Made by a program: the position numbers and the translations under genes
Source of the DNA: Octopus sinensis
Lineage: Eukaryota
Direction of reading: 5' to 3'
NCBI RefSeq assembly: GCF_006345805.1
Contig: NC_043023.1
Coordinates: forward strand, 4,402,001-4,466,000
DNA: 64,000 bases
Notes under the pieces: generated by a model
What the model saw: the letters and a program-made list of their open reading frames with translations, nothing else
Told to the model about the DNA's origin: nothing
Databases searched by the model: none
In this document: positions 26,219-39,789 of the stretch, in pieces
Numbering within the stretch: position 1 is the stretch's first letter
How the letters are laid out: each line of letters starts with the position of its first letter

Positions 26219-27464
26219 GTAGGTGTACCTCTAAAACTATGTAGAATTTTGGCATAGAACATTATCATTATTATTTATTATTTAACTCCTTTCCCAACTT
26301 CTTCCTTCTAATATTCAGTGTTCTCCCTGAGAAGCATGAACTATATGTTTCCCCTTATTTAGGTCAATTTGTCTTGAAAACCCTTCTAACCCAGGGTGTT
26401 ATCTGAATACCCTAGCCACACACCTGCCTACTTCTGCATCCTCTCTCTCTTTTTCCCCCTGATCATAGTTGTTACACTTGCAGCAACTGCAATGCGCTAA
26501 CAGTTACATACACATGTAACCAGTTAGTTTTATATAATTTTCTAAGGGAGTATATTTGTTTTTAGGTCACCTGACATATAAGGGGTTAATTATTACTTAG
26601 TTTCCTTGGATATTAGCTTGGATCTCCCTCTTTCTTTTCCAGGGGATAGTAAATGGTCTTAGGGGTTAAAGTTTGAAAGGTGATGGTGGTGTTTACGTGG
26701 CAGTATCAGTTAGTCTCCATGTTTTGGTGGTTGATTGTCAGATGGTGGCAAGCCTTTGAAAGTAACCAGTCATTTAGAATTCATCCCATTTTAAATTGAA
26801 CAAAATGGGCTGGTTTCAATTTCTAGCTTGGATTTTTTTTTCTCTAAATTGGAGACAAGGGAGGTTCAAGCTGGAGCTAAATTGTATTCATTAACCATCT
26901 CCACAGATGGATAGAAAAGTCAAATGGGTTAGAAAAGTCATGCATGCACAAACAATTGCCAGAGGTGTTTTCTAAATATTTATAATTAAACAGAAATGTC
27001 TAGGTTTTCTTTTGTCTCGAGTTGGTGGTTCTGTTGGTATTTCTTTGGCACAGCCCACAGGGAATATCTTCTACCATTCCTAGTTGCAGCACCAATGAAA
27101 TCTAGTAGATTTTTGATGGTGCTTGGAAATCTTGGAGCCAACTCTGATAAATTAGATGTAATTTGTAAAGTAGTAAATGATTCTACAAGCAACAGGAGTC
27201 GATGCAGTAAAGGAGAGCCATTCTCCCTTGGCAAGAATATGCATTTAGTAGGTTGTGAGAGTTTTGGAAATTGAAAACCCATTCCTACACTTAGTAGTAT
27301 TGACTCCTGTTGTTAATTATGATTTGGAATTTACACTGATTTAAATACTGTTCAAACATCACTGGTAATTATTAGTGTCATAGGATATGAAATAAATTTG
27401 TGGTATTGTTACAGTTACTTTTTAAATTAGAAATGTTTACTTCACCTCAGAGAAAAAATAAGCA

Positions 27465-27733
27465 GAATTCTGGTTTAAGCACCCAGTATCCCCCCTCGAT
27501 TTTTTTTTTTTTTTGAATCTTCAGAAATTTTTTGCAAATTAGTTTTCTACATATGTAAATTCACATGATTATGCAAAAAAAGATTTTTTCTTCATGGCGA
27601 TTTAGCGTCTCAAGACCCTACCCTACTCCGTGTGTGGTATGGGGTTTTCCCCTCCCTCTAATCAATTGAATTTTCTGAAAATTCCAAAAGATAAGTTGTG
27701 TGGGATTTATATGGTGTACTTAAACCAGAATTC
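27465..27733. mobile_element. MITE with GAATTCTGGTTTAAG TIRs
   Basis: GAATTCTGGTTTAAGCACC…GGTGTACTTAAACCAGAATTC. Confidence 0.85.
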
Positions 27734-30522
27734 CATTGGATAAATATAAAATAGGCAGCCAAAACTTAATACCGTACGTGACTTTTCTTCACCTTCTGAA
27801 TTTTTGCATTGCTTTCCTAAGGAGAACACTGACATGCAGTGACTGTATGATAGATGTTTTTACATTAATTTAACTTTCTTTCCTTCTGTTGTCTCCATCT
27901 ATTATTTCATAATTGCCTTCTTTTCTCTCTTCAGCTTTTAGCATTTATCTCATCTGAAGCCTTCTTATCTTCCCATTCTCTTCCTGTGTTTGTTAGTGTG
28001 TATATTGAGGTGGAGGGGTTAGTCCACATTACTCTGTAAGGAACTGATTTCTCTGGTGTATATATTCTCCCCTGGATGGGCTGCCAGTCTGTCACAGGAT
28101 TACTCATTTTTACCAGCTGAGTGGATTGGAGCTGCATGAAATATAGTTGTGCCCAAGAACACAACACATCAGCCAGTCCTGGAATCAAAACCACAATCTT
28201 ACAATTATGATTACAACACCCTAACCACGGTGTACCTCTAGTGCCTGTCTATATAACTATCATATGATAGTTATTAATATGTGTATAAAACTATCTTACG
28301 AGACAGTTCACAACCTCTTGGGAGGGGCTCATGTCAATAAGATGACATATCTACTGCTTTAATTAATCCAATTATGTAAAAGCAGACATGCAAGACAAAA
28401 ATGAAATATAGGGAGCAAGCTTTTGATACTAGGTGCTGCCAACTTACAGTGAATTTCTCTGTAGAAGAAAATTGTTACTTAATGTTCATATTTCCATGCT
28501 TGCATGAGTCAGGAGTTTAAGGTGGATTTTCCTACAGCTGAATTGCCAACTCTTCACCTGTTTCTAAGTAAGGTAATATTTCTCTGATCATATGCATTTT
28601 TGAGGAAGATTTGGAACACACCCCTTGCATAGCAGTTGCACTGGTTTACAGAAACGCTGCTGGAGGTCATGGGGCAGTATTCTTTATTACTACAACAGAT
28701 AAAAAATATTAGTAGTATGTAGCTATGTGGAAGCATTTCCTCCAAACATCTCTAAGTAGATATACGTAATGAAAGAGTGTACATTGTCAATAAAAGGTGA
28801 TATGTAGCCAATTAGCAAGGAAGGATACATTAGGTAATGTAGTCCTAGATACACTGTTGCATGGTGTTGTGTTCAGGTTTTAAGCACATGGCCACCATGT
28901 TCTTCACTAGGATGGTCTTTAAATTAGATTTAGACTGTATCCTTGCTTGGTTTCCCAAGAAATTCAGGTACCCACTGATTAAGACAACCAAGTACAATCG
29001 CTGGGTGAGGACAATCTCATTCTCTCTGACCCTTCATAGTTGAATTTTGCTTGAAACTTTCACAAGGAGCGATAATTATCTATCTTTCCATTCTCCTCTT
29101 GTCTGTACTAATATTGTACTAAAACATTGTAAACTCACCTTATTGCTGTGCTAATATTTTCCCTGAAAATATCTATTCCTTGCCCTCCTAACAACTTCTT
29201 GGAACGCATGTCACTGCATTTGCTCACTCTTCTCTGCTTGTCTTTCTGCTTGTTTTCTTCAGTCTGCATTTTCACTTCTCTGTCCCCCCTCCCCCTTGTT
29301 TCCGTCCCTTGCTAGCATAGATCTGCTCCAGTGCAGCATCTCGTCACTTGACATTGCTTAATGTTATATGATTTTTTTAAGACTTAACAGTTGCACTGAA
29401 TGAAGCATTGTTTTTATTTGGTGTTAGGGATTAAGTGAACTATGCTAAATACCCTCCATAGAAATCATTGCAACAACATGCACTAAATTATCTGGCAACC
29501 TACCTGTGGTGTTTCTTTCTACCTTCCATACTTCTCTACTTGAAATACAAGTACTGAAGTGATTTGTGTCAATTTTGGGAATTAGTTATTGAAGGAAGCA
29601 GTAAAAGAACAAAATTTGGGGGTATTTTGGTTAGGTTTTTAGTTTAAAACCTTTCACTATAATCCTTTGTTTTAAGTTGTAGGTTGTGAGGGAAATCTAG
29701 TTGTTACTTACAGCAGATAGTGACTATGGATGCTGCTTTGTTGGCTCTGCAGATGCAGTCACAATATACCGTTTGCTTGTTTTTGTTGGAGGTTGTTGGG
29801 CAGCTCTTGTGTCCTTTGTCTATCAGTTGGGTTATCTTGACCAGCTTGAATACTTCTCTTCCAACCTAGCTGCAATGGTGAAGTCACTCTACAATACAAG
29901 TTGTGTATTCACTCATAGCTTAACCCTTTTGTGACTATATTTACATAGAAATCATTTTCCAAATATCCTTGTAGTTAAGCTGATGTTCAGAGCATCAATT
30001 ACCATCAAATTTTGAAGAGTGGTCACTTTAAAACCCGGAGCTTGTGTTGTAGAACCAAGAGTGGTCTCCGAGAGGGGTGGGTAACTGAAGGACTTATATA
30101 GAATTGCACTTTCCTTAGTTAACCCTTTAGCATTAAGATTACTCTCTCAATTGTACTGCTTATTTCTTCATGACAATGTGTAGGGTAAATGTAAGAGGTA
30201 GGATCTAGTTGGTTTGAAAATAAAGCAGGTAGAATATTTTGGCCTGATATGGTTGGTTTAAATGCTGAAGGATAATCCTGGTCAGTTTTTCTCAGCTGGC
30301 CATGGGTCACATATAATTGATGTATATGTTTAACCTCAGGTTCATTTGTTGTTACAGAGATATTTCAGCTGTGGCCATGCCAGTTCCTCAGTGATTGTGT
30401 CCAGGCTCTGTCATTGCCTTATTTAGTGGGTTTAGAAGTTTTAAAAAATTATTTTTCTTGACTGTCTGAGCCCTCTATGTGGTTTGTCTTTTATTTGGTG
30501 TTAATGTTATTTTACATTGTAG

Positions 30523-30727
30523 GATCATGTTACAACTGTGGCAAGAGTGGTCACATCCAGAGGGAGTGCCTGGTGGCCAGCTCAAAACCATGCTATCGAT
30601 GTGGTGTAGCTGGCCATATAGCTCGGGAGTGTTCTGATGAGCGACGAGATGACCGCAAGTGCTATAACTGTGGTATGACGGGTCACATCTCCAAGAGCTG
30701 TCCAGAAAGTGGCAAGAACTGTTACAA
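30523..30727 (+). CDS. CNBP: CNBP-like coding exon 3 (knuckles 4-6 and start of 7)
   Basis: cattgtag|GA; GSCYNCGKSGHIQRECLVASSKPCYRCGVAGHIARECSDERRDDRKCYNCGMTGHISKSCPESGKNCY; donor AA|gttagt, phase 2. Confidence 0.95.
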
Positions 30728-30822
30728 GTTAGTAGCTCTCTCTCTCTTTATCTTTCTCTTTTTGTGTTTTATCTTTCTCCTCAATTATGTAATCTAATTT
30801 CATGTTTCTGTTTATCTTTTAG

Positions 30823-30937
30823 GTGTGGTGAAAGCGATCACTTGGCCAAGGAGTGTCCTAGTTTAAATCTAACCCAGTGCTATACATGCAGGGGGACAGG
30901 CCACTATGCTAGGGATTGTAACAACCAGGTGCTCTAA
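30823..30937 (+). CDS. CNBP: CNBP-like final coding exon (end of knuckle 7, knuckle 8, stop)
   Basis: 95-nt intron; tttatcttttag|G; KCGESDHLAKECPSLNLTQCYTCRGTGHYARDCNNQVL*. Total CDS is 579 nt and all phases are consistent. Confidence 0.95.
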
Positions 30938-33799
30938 ATATGCTGTGGAGCCATACACTCCCCCCTCCGAAGTTTTTTTTTTTATATTTTGTTTTGCGTG
31001 CTGCTCTTAGAAACCAACCCATCCCCCCAAAAGAAAGAAGTACCACTACCACCAACCTGTGGTAGATGTTGATAATTGAAACCTGGGGAGTTGCAGCAGT
31101 CAAAATGCCCCCTCTCTTCCCCCCACACAGCAGCCCAGACCATCCATGTGTTAGAAGGAAGTGGGTGGCCTTTTTTTTATGGTGGGGGGGTCTAGGTGTT
31201 TTTTTTTTTAATCCCCCCTCCCTCAAAACAAATTATTCCTACTAAAAAGCCAGCAATTCTTTTTCTTTTGTAGATTTCGAGCTTTTATCTTTTTTATTAT
31301 AAATTTCTTTGATAGACTAAATAACTTCACCACTGCTCTCATCCCTATTTCTTTGGGGCTTACTACTTACACTATAAATTAATTGCAGAAACACCCTTTG
31401 TTCCTTGAAAGTTGTGGGGTAAATTAAAACACTCCTCTAGCCCGTCCTTGAAAGATTTTTTTCACTAAAAACCATGAATTTAGTAGTATTTCTGCTGCCA
31501 CATCCTTCATACCTCTGCCCTCTGTAGAAAAGGTTTTTGTGGTAGATGACAGCCTGGTCTGTGGCAGTCTTCCAACAAATGAAAACTTCTTAAACATGCA
31601 GAGAGGACTGGACCCCTTTTTAATCTTATTCTCGTCTGTCTTAAACATTTAAACTATTAATAGCATCAACACAGTGTAGGAGAGATGTTGGATTGTCAGA
31701 TAAATTTGTTCATTTTAATTCCAACTGTTGTACTAATTCCCTAGTGGATCCTTGTGAATGAATCATTCAATTGATCTTCACTGAATTGAACAGGCTGGCT
31801 GAAATGTAAGGGTATCAGAAAGATCACACCTCTGTACACAGCACAAATACCTTGGGTGGTTTTGCAACCTTGATTGAAAGTGAAAATTTATTTAAATTTC
31901 AAAATTGATAAACAAAAGATGTAGAGGAAGAACAGAGCTACATAAAACACAAGAAATATTTTTTGTGTTTTTCAAATAACTTTGGAAAGAAATGAACAAA
32001 TTTATCTGACAATTAACTGTATATATGGAGTTTGCATTTGCTTGAGACTGATTCCTTTTGATGCTAGCCAATTTCATTCCCTACGAAAAGTAGAACTGTG
32101 GAAACTGAGTAGCACCAGAGTGGATCTTGTCTTTAGTTTGTGTCAATTGCCTTGTGTAAATTATTTAAAAAAAAAAAATCGTTCTCTGTAAAAGGGGAGG
32201 CAATTGAATGCGCCTGCAGGTGTGTACATATATACATACATATACATATATATATTCTAAATATGTGGGACCACTGTGGTGTATTAGAATTCTTAATGGC
32301 TTTAGTAGAAATAATGATGGGTAAAAATTAGTTTCAGGCATACTTAGTTCATCTTGTCCATCAATTTGAACTTTTAGGGTTTTGCTGGGGTGGGTAGGGC
32401 TTCATTTGAACCTATTCACCCCTACATGCATGCACACATATACAGGCAAGCATAGATCTGCAGGATTTGCTCTTTAATATTTCAAAAGCCAGTTAAGTTA
32501 GCTTTAGGAGATTATTAGGATAGATGTCTGTAGATTGATATACTGAATGCATGTGCAATGACCTTGACTGCTAACACCGAAGGTCATAAAGAGGCTGCTT
32601 TATGGTTTGTCTGAAATTGTGGGCCTCAGAGCTTACTCTGAAGCCTACATTCATGTCGATGTTCTCCAAAATAATTATAGGCAAACACTATAGATATATT
32701 AGGTAAATATATATGTGCACACATACTACTTAAATGTTTGTGTGGTGACTGTAAAGAGTGGGTATTGATTTTATCTTGTTTTCCACTTAACCATCCAATA
32801 AACGTCAATACTAACATGTGAAAGACTTAGTGACTCAAGATGCAAATAATTTCAAAGAAGGTCCTGCTTTGTGTAAGTTTCTTACTTAACCAGAGTTTTC
32901 TGCAGGGGGTGGGTAGCAGTACTACCACAGTGCATATTTCCCAAGCACACTTTGTTTTATTAACCCCCTAAAGTCTAGTCTTTTAATCTTAACTGATGTA
33001 CACCCCTTGTGAGACACTTGGTGTGGTAGCTTAATTGTAATGGCTGTGGTTAGCAGGATCACTAGAGTTGTGGTTTCAGTGAGGCCTCTTCACATTTTGA
33101 TTTCATACCACATCAGGGTCAAATTTGCCTTTTGTCTTTCTGAGGGGCGGTAAAATAGGTACCGGTCTATATATATATATATATATATAATGTGTATATA
33201 TATATATATATATCAGATTTTATTCCCTCTTTCAATTTAAGGCTTTGTGTGATCTGTCTTGGAAATAATAATAAAGCTGACAGTAGATATAGATATGTTG
33301 ACCCAGTGTCACTTGGCATTATTCCTTTCACTTTTTCCCCCTCCCCTGCTTCATATACAATCCCCACCCCCCTTGAGAAATCATTTAAACCCATTCCCTC
33401 CCACACCAGACTTGCCCCCCTGACCCCACTGTGTGGCGGCTGAGCAGTTGTAGTTTTCTACATCCTGGATGTGCTTTTTAAAATTTTTTTTTTATAGCTT
33501 TTAAAGATTTTAATCTGGAGTGTGAGCATGAACAAGACACTCCACTCACTAAAGTGTGAGGTGAGATGGTTTTTTTTTCTTTTTTTTTATGAATTTTAAA
33601 AATGGCCCTGAAATTTTGTCTGTTGCATTTTTCCAGAAAAGGGGTCGCCAGAGGAAGAAGCTGGATTGTGTTTAGATGAAGCTTTTCAATCTTAACTGTT
33701 GATGTTCCTGGAGGGGGGCCCTTCCCGGGCTGCTCCTGGTTGTTTTTAAGTTTTTCATGCATGCATGTATATTGAATTATATGCATGTGTTGCATATTT

Positions 33800-35300
33800 T
33801 TTCTTTTCTTTTCTTTTTAAATGTGTTTAACGGTGGAGAGAGAGAGAGAGAGAAAGAGATGGGAGAGAGATAGAGGCGGAGGTGTAGGGGTCGTGATAGG
33901 TGGGGTGGAAGAGATAAAGATGGGGGCATAGGGAGTAGTCGGGGAGTAAGAGGTAGAGGGGAGATAAGGAAATTTTAGTTGACAAATTAAAATTTTTTTT
34001 TTTTTGAGGTGAACAACGTCGTTAAAAATCCTCTCCCTCAGTACTTGAGGGGGTGGGTGAGGATTTTGGTGGAGGCCCTGGTGCATGAATGTGGCACCAT
34101 GTGGGTGAATGAGTTTTTTGGTAGAGAGGCCCAGGTGCACTGATGTGGCATCTTGGGGTGGGGGAGATTGTATCCGTGTCGCAGCTAACAGTATGGTGGA
34201 GTAGGGAGTTGTAGATACAGTGGGGACTGTCGTGTGCCGTTCCTCGACGACAGCAGCACCAAAGACGATGAAGAGGAAGGAAGAGGTTAATGAGAGGGAG
34301 GGGAGAAAACTAGAAGGGAGTAAGTTTTGAAATGAAGATGAGTTGAGATAAGATGAAGAATTTAAATCACTGAATAACGAAGAAATGGAGGTAATGAGAC
34401 AGAGGGGAGAAAACTAGCAAGAGGGAATAGTTTGAGATGAAGATGAAGACAACATACCATACAAAGAGGATTTTTAAAAAAAATAACTAAACCAAAGGAA
34501 TATATATGATATTTTCCACCACAGTTTTCTAGTGGTGGGATGTATTTTTATAGGCAGCAAAGAAGGAAGATGAGAGAGAGAGAGAGATGGAGAAGAGAGG
34601 AGATTTGTATATAAATCAGCTTTAAGTATCGTCGCTCTCGTTGATCAAATTTATCTGACAATTCATCAGACTAGTGCCTTGTGCAGTTTTTCAAGAGTTC
34701 CTAAATTCGGTTTGAGAAGCGTCTCGGTATTGCCATCATAGCAGCACCACCACCACTACCCCCAGTCCATTTTGTGAGTCTTATTGATAAGTCTTTTGAA
34801 CAAGTTTTTTTTTTCTATATCTCCCTTTTTATACATATCTGTTTAGATGTCTACAGATAAATGTATAATTGTATATAGCCTTTCTTAGCAGTGAAGGGTG
34901 TCATTAGGTAGGGGTGTACCGGGCAGTGAGCTAGGCTGTCTTTGTATCCACAGTAACATAAAGATGAGGTTTGCTGTCACCATGCTAGATTTTTGTGTAG
35001 GGTAGCTCTAGTGAGTTGAGGAGTACTTTGGTCTCATAGAAATGATGTTCTAGCTGTGTTCTACATGATTTTTCCATAAACAGGTGGCAGTTTAGTTGAA
35101 TAGAATGGGGTATCTGTTATTATGCTGGGGTGGCTCTCTAGCCTGTTGTATGAATGTAGAGCATATAAGGTTTCTTGCACCAAAACCGTTAATATTGTCA
35201 ACTGTACTGACACTAATATCTCGAGCCACTTTTCAAATAGTAATCTGGCACCAAATTTGTAGCAATTTTGCAGTTTTTACTTAAGAATCTTCATCAGTTA
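33800..35300 (-). mobile_element. Decayed Penelope-like element (GIY-YIG end plus pLTR-like region)
   Basis: Broken minus frames at 34780-35300 resemble a PLE endonuclease C-terminus, followed by two hammerhead-like remnants and (CT)n tracts. Confidence 0.45.
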
Positions 35301-36129
35301 CACACTTTCTTAAACCTTCAGTCATACAATGGAGGTGGTGGGAGGGTCATCTCTGTTAAAGTTCTAAGAATTCGTTTGTTTTTATTTTGGATGTCTTAAC
35401 AGCTTCCATTTAAATCTAGCTTTAAAAACTAACATCAATGTTGCATATATTGATCTGACCACATGTATGTACATGTGTACGCCCCTAAGAGTTACGAGTG
35501 CTTTAGGTGCAATGAAGTATTTGCCATCTTATGATGGTGGCATCAGGTAGGTTTTATGAAACAGGGATGATAATTTGGGGCCCCAGGTAAATGTATGTGG
35601 TGAGACACACCCTTGCTGTGCTGTGCCGGTTGTTTGGCTTTAGGGTTCTTAATTTTTTTTTTATCTGTTTTCTGTCCTGTAAGTTGTTAGGAAGACGAAG
35701 GAGACATGGATTTTTTTCTTTCTTTTTTTCCCCTTTTTAGCTTAGCTGTTTTCTGTTTTGTGTTGACTCTATACCTACCTACACATAATCTCCATAAATA
35801 TCTTCATTGATTTCCCCATAGAAAAAGGGTCGGTTTAGGATTTCATAACTCCCACAATATCTCGATCCTGTGTGTGAGGATTTTTTTCAAGTTGTATGTT
35901 ACTGTTTACTTTTCTTTCTTTTTTTTTTCTGTTCATTTGTCTTGTTGAAAATTTTTTCTTAAATTAAAAAAAAGGGTGCAGGATTTGTACCTAAATAGAA
36001 TATTAGGGTTTTTTTTTCAAGCAAGCTATAAGCACATGTAGTTTTTGATTTTTATTATTTTCCTTCTTCCAATATCCACCATCTGTCTATTCCAAAAAAA
36101 AGCAAAAAAGCAAAAAGCTCTTTTATTGT

Positions 36130-36330
36130 TTTAAGGGCGGTAGATTGCCAGAATTGATAGAGCATCAAACGAAGTGCCTTGTGGTATTTGGTTACATCCC
36201 TTTACGTTCTGAGTTTGAAAATCCCGCCAGGGTTGACTTTGCCTTTCATCCTTTCCAGGGAGGGGTCGATAAAATAAAGTACCAGACAGTACTGGGGTCG
36301 ATGAGTCATCGGCTATTCCATCCGCCCCAT
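36130..36330 (+). mobile_element. Abundant SINE-like repeat ('gttctgagttcaaattccgccgaggtcgactttgcctttcatcc')
   Basis: Copies also at about 960-1070 (-), 6715-6890, 14770, 16710 and 47440-47640. Confidence 0.75.
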
Positions 36331-37398
36331 CCCATGTTTTAATTTTGTCCTGTTCCCCCTACTTCCCCATCAAGTGTTGATATTAGAGCACACCCTTATA
36401 TTCTCCCCCCCCTCCTTTTATTAGCCTTAAACAACAATGTTGCATGGATCACTAATAAAATATCATTATTGTTCCCCTTTATCCAAATCCCCTCCCCACT
36501 TTTTTTAAACTCACATTTTAGCTATTTCTCTTGTATTTTTTGTCTCCTGAATGTTGCAGAGGGCACTGGCGAATGTTTTTGTAATAAATTTGGATTCCCT
36601 AATTTCATTTTGATTCATATTGTGTTTTTTTCTTTTTTTTCCTCTTTATTGCTGTCAATGAGTCTGTGAGGATTTGCATAACTATGTCATGCCTGTTAGA
36701 AATAAATGTGTGTGTGTGTGTGTGTATATAATATATATATATATGTATATATAAGAGAAAGCCTACTCTCTGTATATGAAGAGTAAAGACCCCCTTCAAG
36801 TGATTAATGACCATGTGATTGCATCTAGAAGGTTCTGCTCTGAGGCACATGTCCAGGCAAGACCAGCCTCTCCTCTCCATGCCACTTTCCAAGGGAAGGG
36901 GCTTAGGCTGATACAGCTTGGCACCACTCAAATTGCAGTTCATTTTTACAGCTGAGTGAACTGGAGCAATGTGAAGTAAAGGATCTTGCTCAAGACCATA
37001 ACACATAGCCTGGTCCAGGTATTGAGCAACAACTTCATGATTGTGAGCCTGATATTCTAACCACTGAGCCATGCAACTCCACTACACCGTGTGAGTATGG
37101 TCGTGTGATACTTTGTGAACGAGGCCAGCTGTGTAATAAAGCGCCAATTTCTAACTGGAGGGAACCTGTGGTAGAAATAGACCAAGGAAGACATGTGGCA
37201 AGGCATGACATTTGAATGTTGGGCCTCATGGAGGCGATGACTGGGGGGCTGATAACTTTGGTGATATGCCAAGCAGTGTCATACAACTGGCATGTAAAAG
37301 TACCCATTACACTCTGGGTGTTAGGAAGGGTATCCAGCTGTAGAAACCATGCTAAATCAGTCTGGTGCAGCCCCTCAGTTTGCCAGCATGGACATTAA

Positions 37399-37431
<33 letters not shown>

Positions 37432-39039
37432 CAAATGTATTATACACATTGTGTACATATTTAGATGCAGGAGTGGCTGTGTGGTAAGTAGCTTGCTTAC
37501 CAACCACATGGTTCCTGGTTCAGTCTCATTGTGGCACCTTGGGCATGTGTCCTCTACTATAGCCTCGGGCTGACTAAAGACTTGTGGATTTGGTAGATGA
37601 AAACTGAAAGAAGCCTATCGTGTGTATATGTTCCCCACACACACTATTGCTTGACTACTAATTTTGGGGTGTTTGTCCCTGTAACTTAGCAGATAGGTAA
37701 AAGACACCAATAGAATAAGTGCTGGGGTTAATTTAACTAAAGTATATTGCTCCAGCATGGCCGTAGTCAAATGACTGAAAAGAATATAGATATGTATACT
37801 GTAGTACACAATTACAAATTCCAAGATGAAATGTGTTTGACCTCATCCTGACCTTAGGTTTAAGTTTGAAATGAGAAATGTCATTTTCCTGAACCTTGAA
37901 CAAGCAACATCACAACACTTGTGTCTATCAAGTCCACTGTGAAATGGCTGGTTATGGGAAAATCTCTTCCTTGGAAACAGGTGAGGTTGGTGACGAAGAG
38001 AATCTGATCTGCCTCTTCAAATTCTATTTGACCCAAATGAACGTGGAAAAGTGGGTGTTAAAACAGTGTTGCAAATATTTTGTGGCTGTGTGGTAAGAAG
38101 TTTAACTTCTCCACTGCCTGGCATCTTGGGCAAGTATCTTCTATAACTTTGATAGAGGATTTTGTTGATGGAAACTGAAAAAAAAAAAAAAGCCAGTCAT
38201 GCGATTATGTTTGTCCACTATGTGTGTTTACATCCCCTCTAATAGAAGGTTCTGCAAAACATACCAATATAAGTACAACGGTTTAAAGAAAACAGAAGTG
38301 TTGTCCATTCTTTCAAGTAAAAATTCTTCAAGGTGGTGCCCTAGCATGGCTGGAACAGGTAAGTTTTGGGTGTTTTGCTTCCATGGTGAATTGGTTTACA
38401 ATTACTGTGTAAATGGACAGGAGATAACTTGGCTCCTCATCATGAATAAACTGATGGGAATTGGATGGCTTTATGAAAGTTGGCATTGAACATGACACTG
38501 GAAGAGAAACATCCACATCTTGTGTTTCTTACTGCTAGTGTCTGTTGTAGATGGCACCAGGTGCACTTCCCATTGCATAGCTCGGCAGGCACCTGTGATG
38601 TGGTACGGCTGGTTTCCTCTCTCAACAGGATACTGGTCTGTTGCATCATCACTCATTTTTGCCAGGGAAGTGGAGGTGTAGTGTTGTGCTCTTGAGCAAA
38701 ACGCATTGCCCAGTTGAACTGAAATGAATATCTTACAATCACGAATCCACCACTCTAACTACTAAGCTGTGCATCTCCACCCGTGACAAACAAATTTGAG
38801 CAAGACTGAAACCCACATCAGCTATTTGATACTAGGGTACTAATTGTAATATAACCTAAAACGGGTCAGCAAACTTGGGTATATTACTGAAAGTGGATTA
38901 AAAATGAAGTTCTTGGGGATAATCAGACTCCCTAGACAAAAATAAAAGCTTTTATATTGTAGGCAGAAAATGAAAAGCTGCCATTTCAAAGTTAGCATTG
39001 TTTTTTGAAAGCTTTGACATCAAGGATACAGTTATAAGG

Positions 39040-39310
39040 CATCTTAACTGATTCAAAGAGTGCTTCTCTTCTCCAGATTTTTATTCACATAGGTTGTAGA
39101 TCCCTTTGTGAAATTGTTGATGTTCCAGAAGAGCCTCAAGGGTTGACAAAGAAACTTTTTGAACTTCAATAAGGAAGCTACAATGAATTTGAAAAAAAAA
39201 ATGTATATCTCACATTTTTGGATGTCAACTGCTGCAATGGCTTTCAAAATAGCATGAGGTGATCAAAAAGTTGCATTTTGCAACAACCGACATTTGTGAA
39301 CCAGGATAAT
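39040..39310 (+). mobile_element. Possible Helitron Rep fragment
   Basis: …PEEPQGLTKKLFELQ*…NCCNGFQNSM loosely resembles the Helitron N-terminal 'PEP…LF…YN..FQM.S' region. Confidence 0.25.
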
Positions 39311-39789
39311 AGATTTAATAAACCTTTTGAATTCAAAAAGAAATTCCTTTCAGTGTCAAAATATTTTGGGGTAATTGGTTAAAAAAAAAGTTCCCCTGAT
39401 CTAAAGCTTTTTCTTATGGACAGGATGGAAAGTGGTCCTGGCTTGCCACAGTTATTTTACTGAATTCGTCATTGTTTTCAAAATAAATTGAAATAAAGGC
39501 AGTGTATTTCAGAGATATGGTAACAAAGTGGTTAGATATGTGAGCTAAATTAAAAAAATTGCATGTAAATTTTGATAAATTCTTCATTAATTGAAACAAA
39601 GCCAGTAGACAGAATTATGGTAAGGAGGATTAAAGTTGATTTAAATTAAAACCTGCCATCAAAATTTTATCCCAAACACCACTTTGAATAATGACAGTTA
39701 TTTCAATAAATTCATTATTTTCAAATTTAGTTGAAACAAAGACAGTGTATTTCAAAAGAAATATGATAATGGTGGGGTCAATTCTTAGC

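Larger units (their letters stand above)
30938..36710 (+). other. Possible long CNBP 3' UTR with several polyadenylation signals
   Basis: Mostly unique U-rich sequence. AATAAA at 32797, 36454 and 36701 (the last followed by a GT-rich tract). The true end is unknown. Confidence 0.3.

Noticed and set aside
34605-34700. TATA box followed by an snRNA-like gene on the + strand
   Set aside because: No match to U1, U2, U6, 7SL or 5S as I recall them; better explained as the antisense PLE terminal region.
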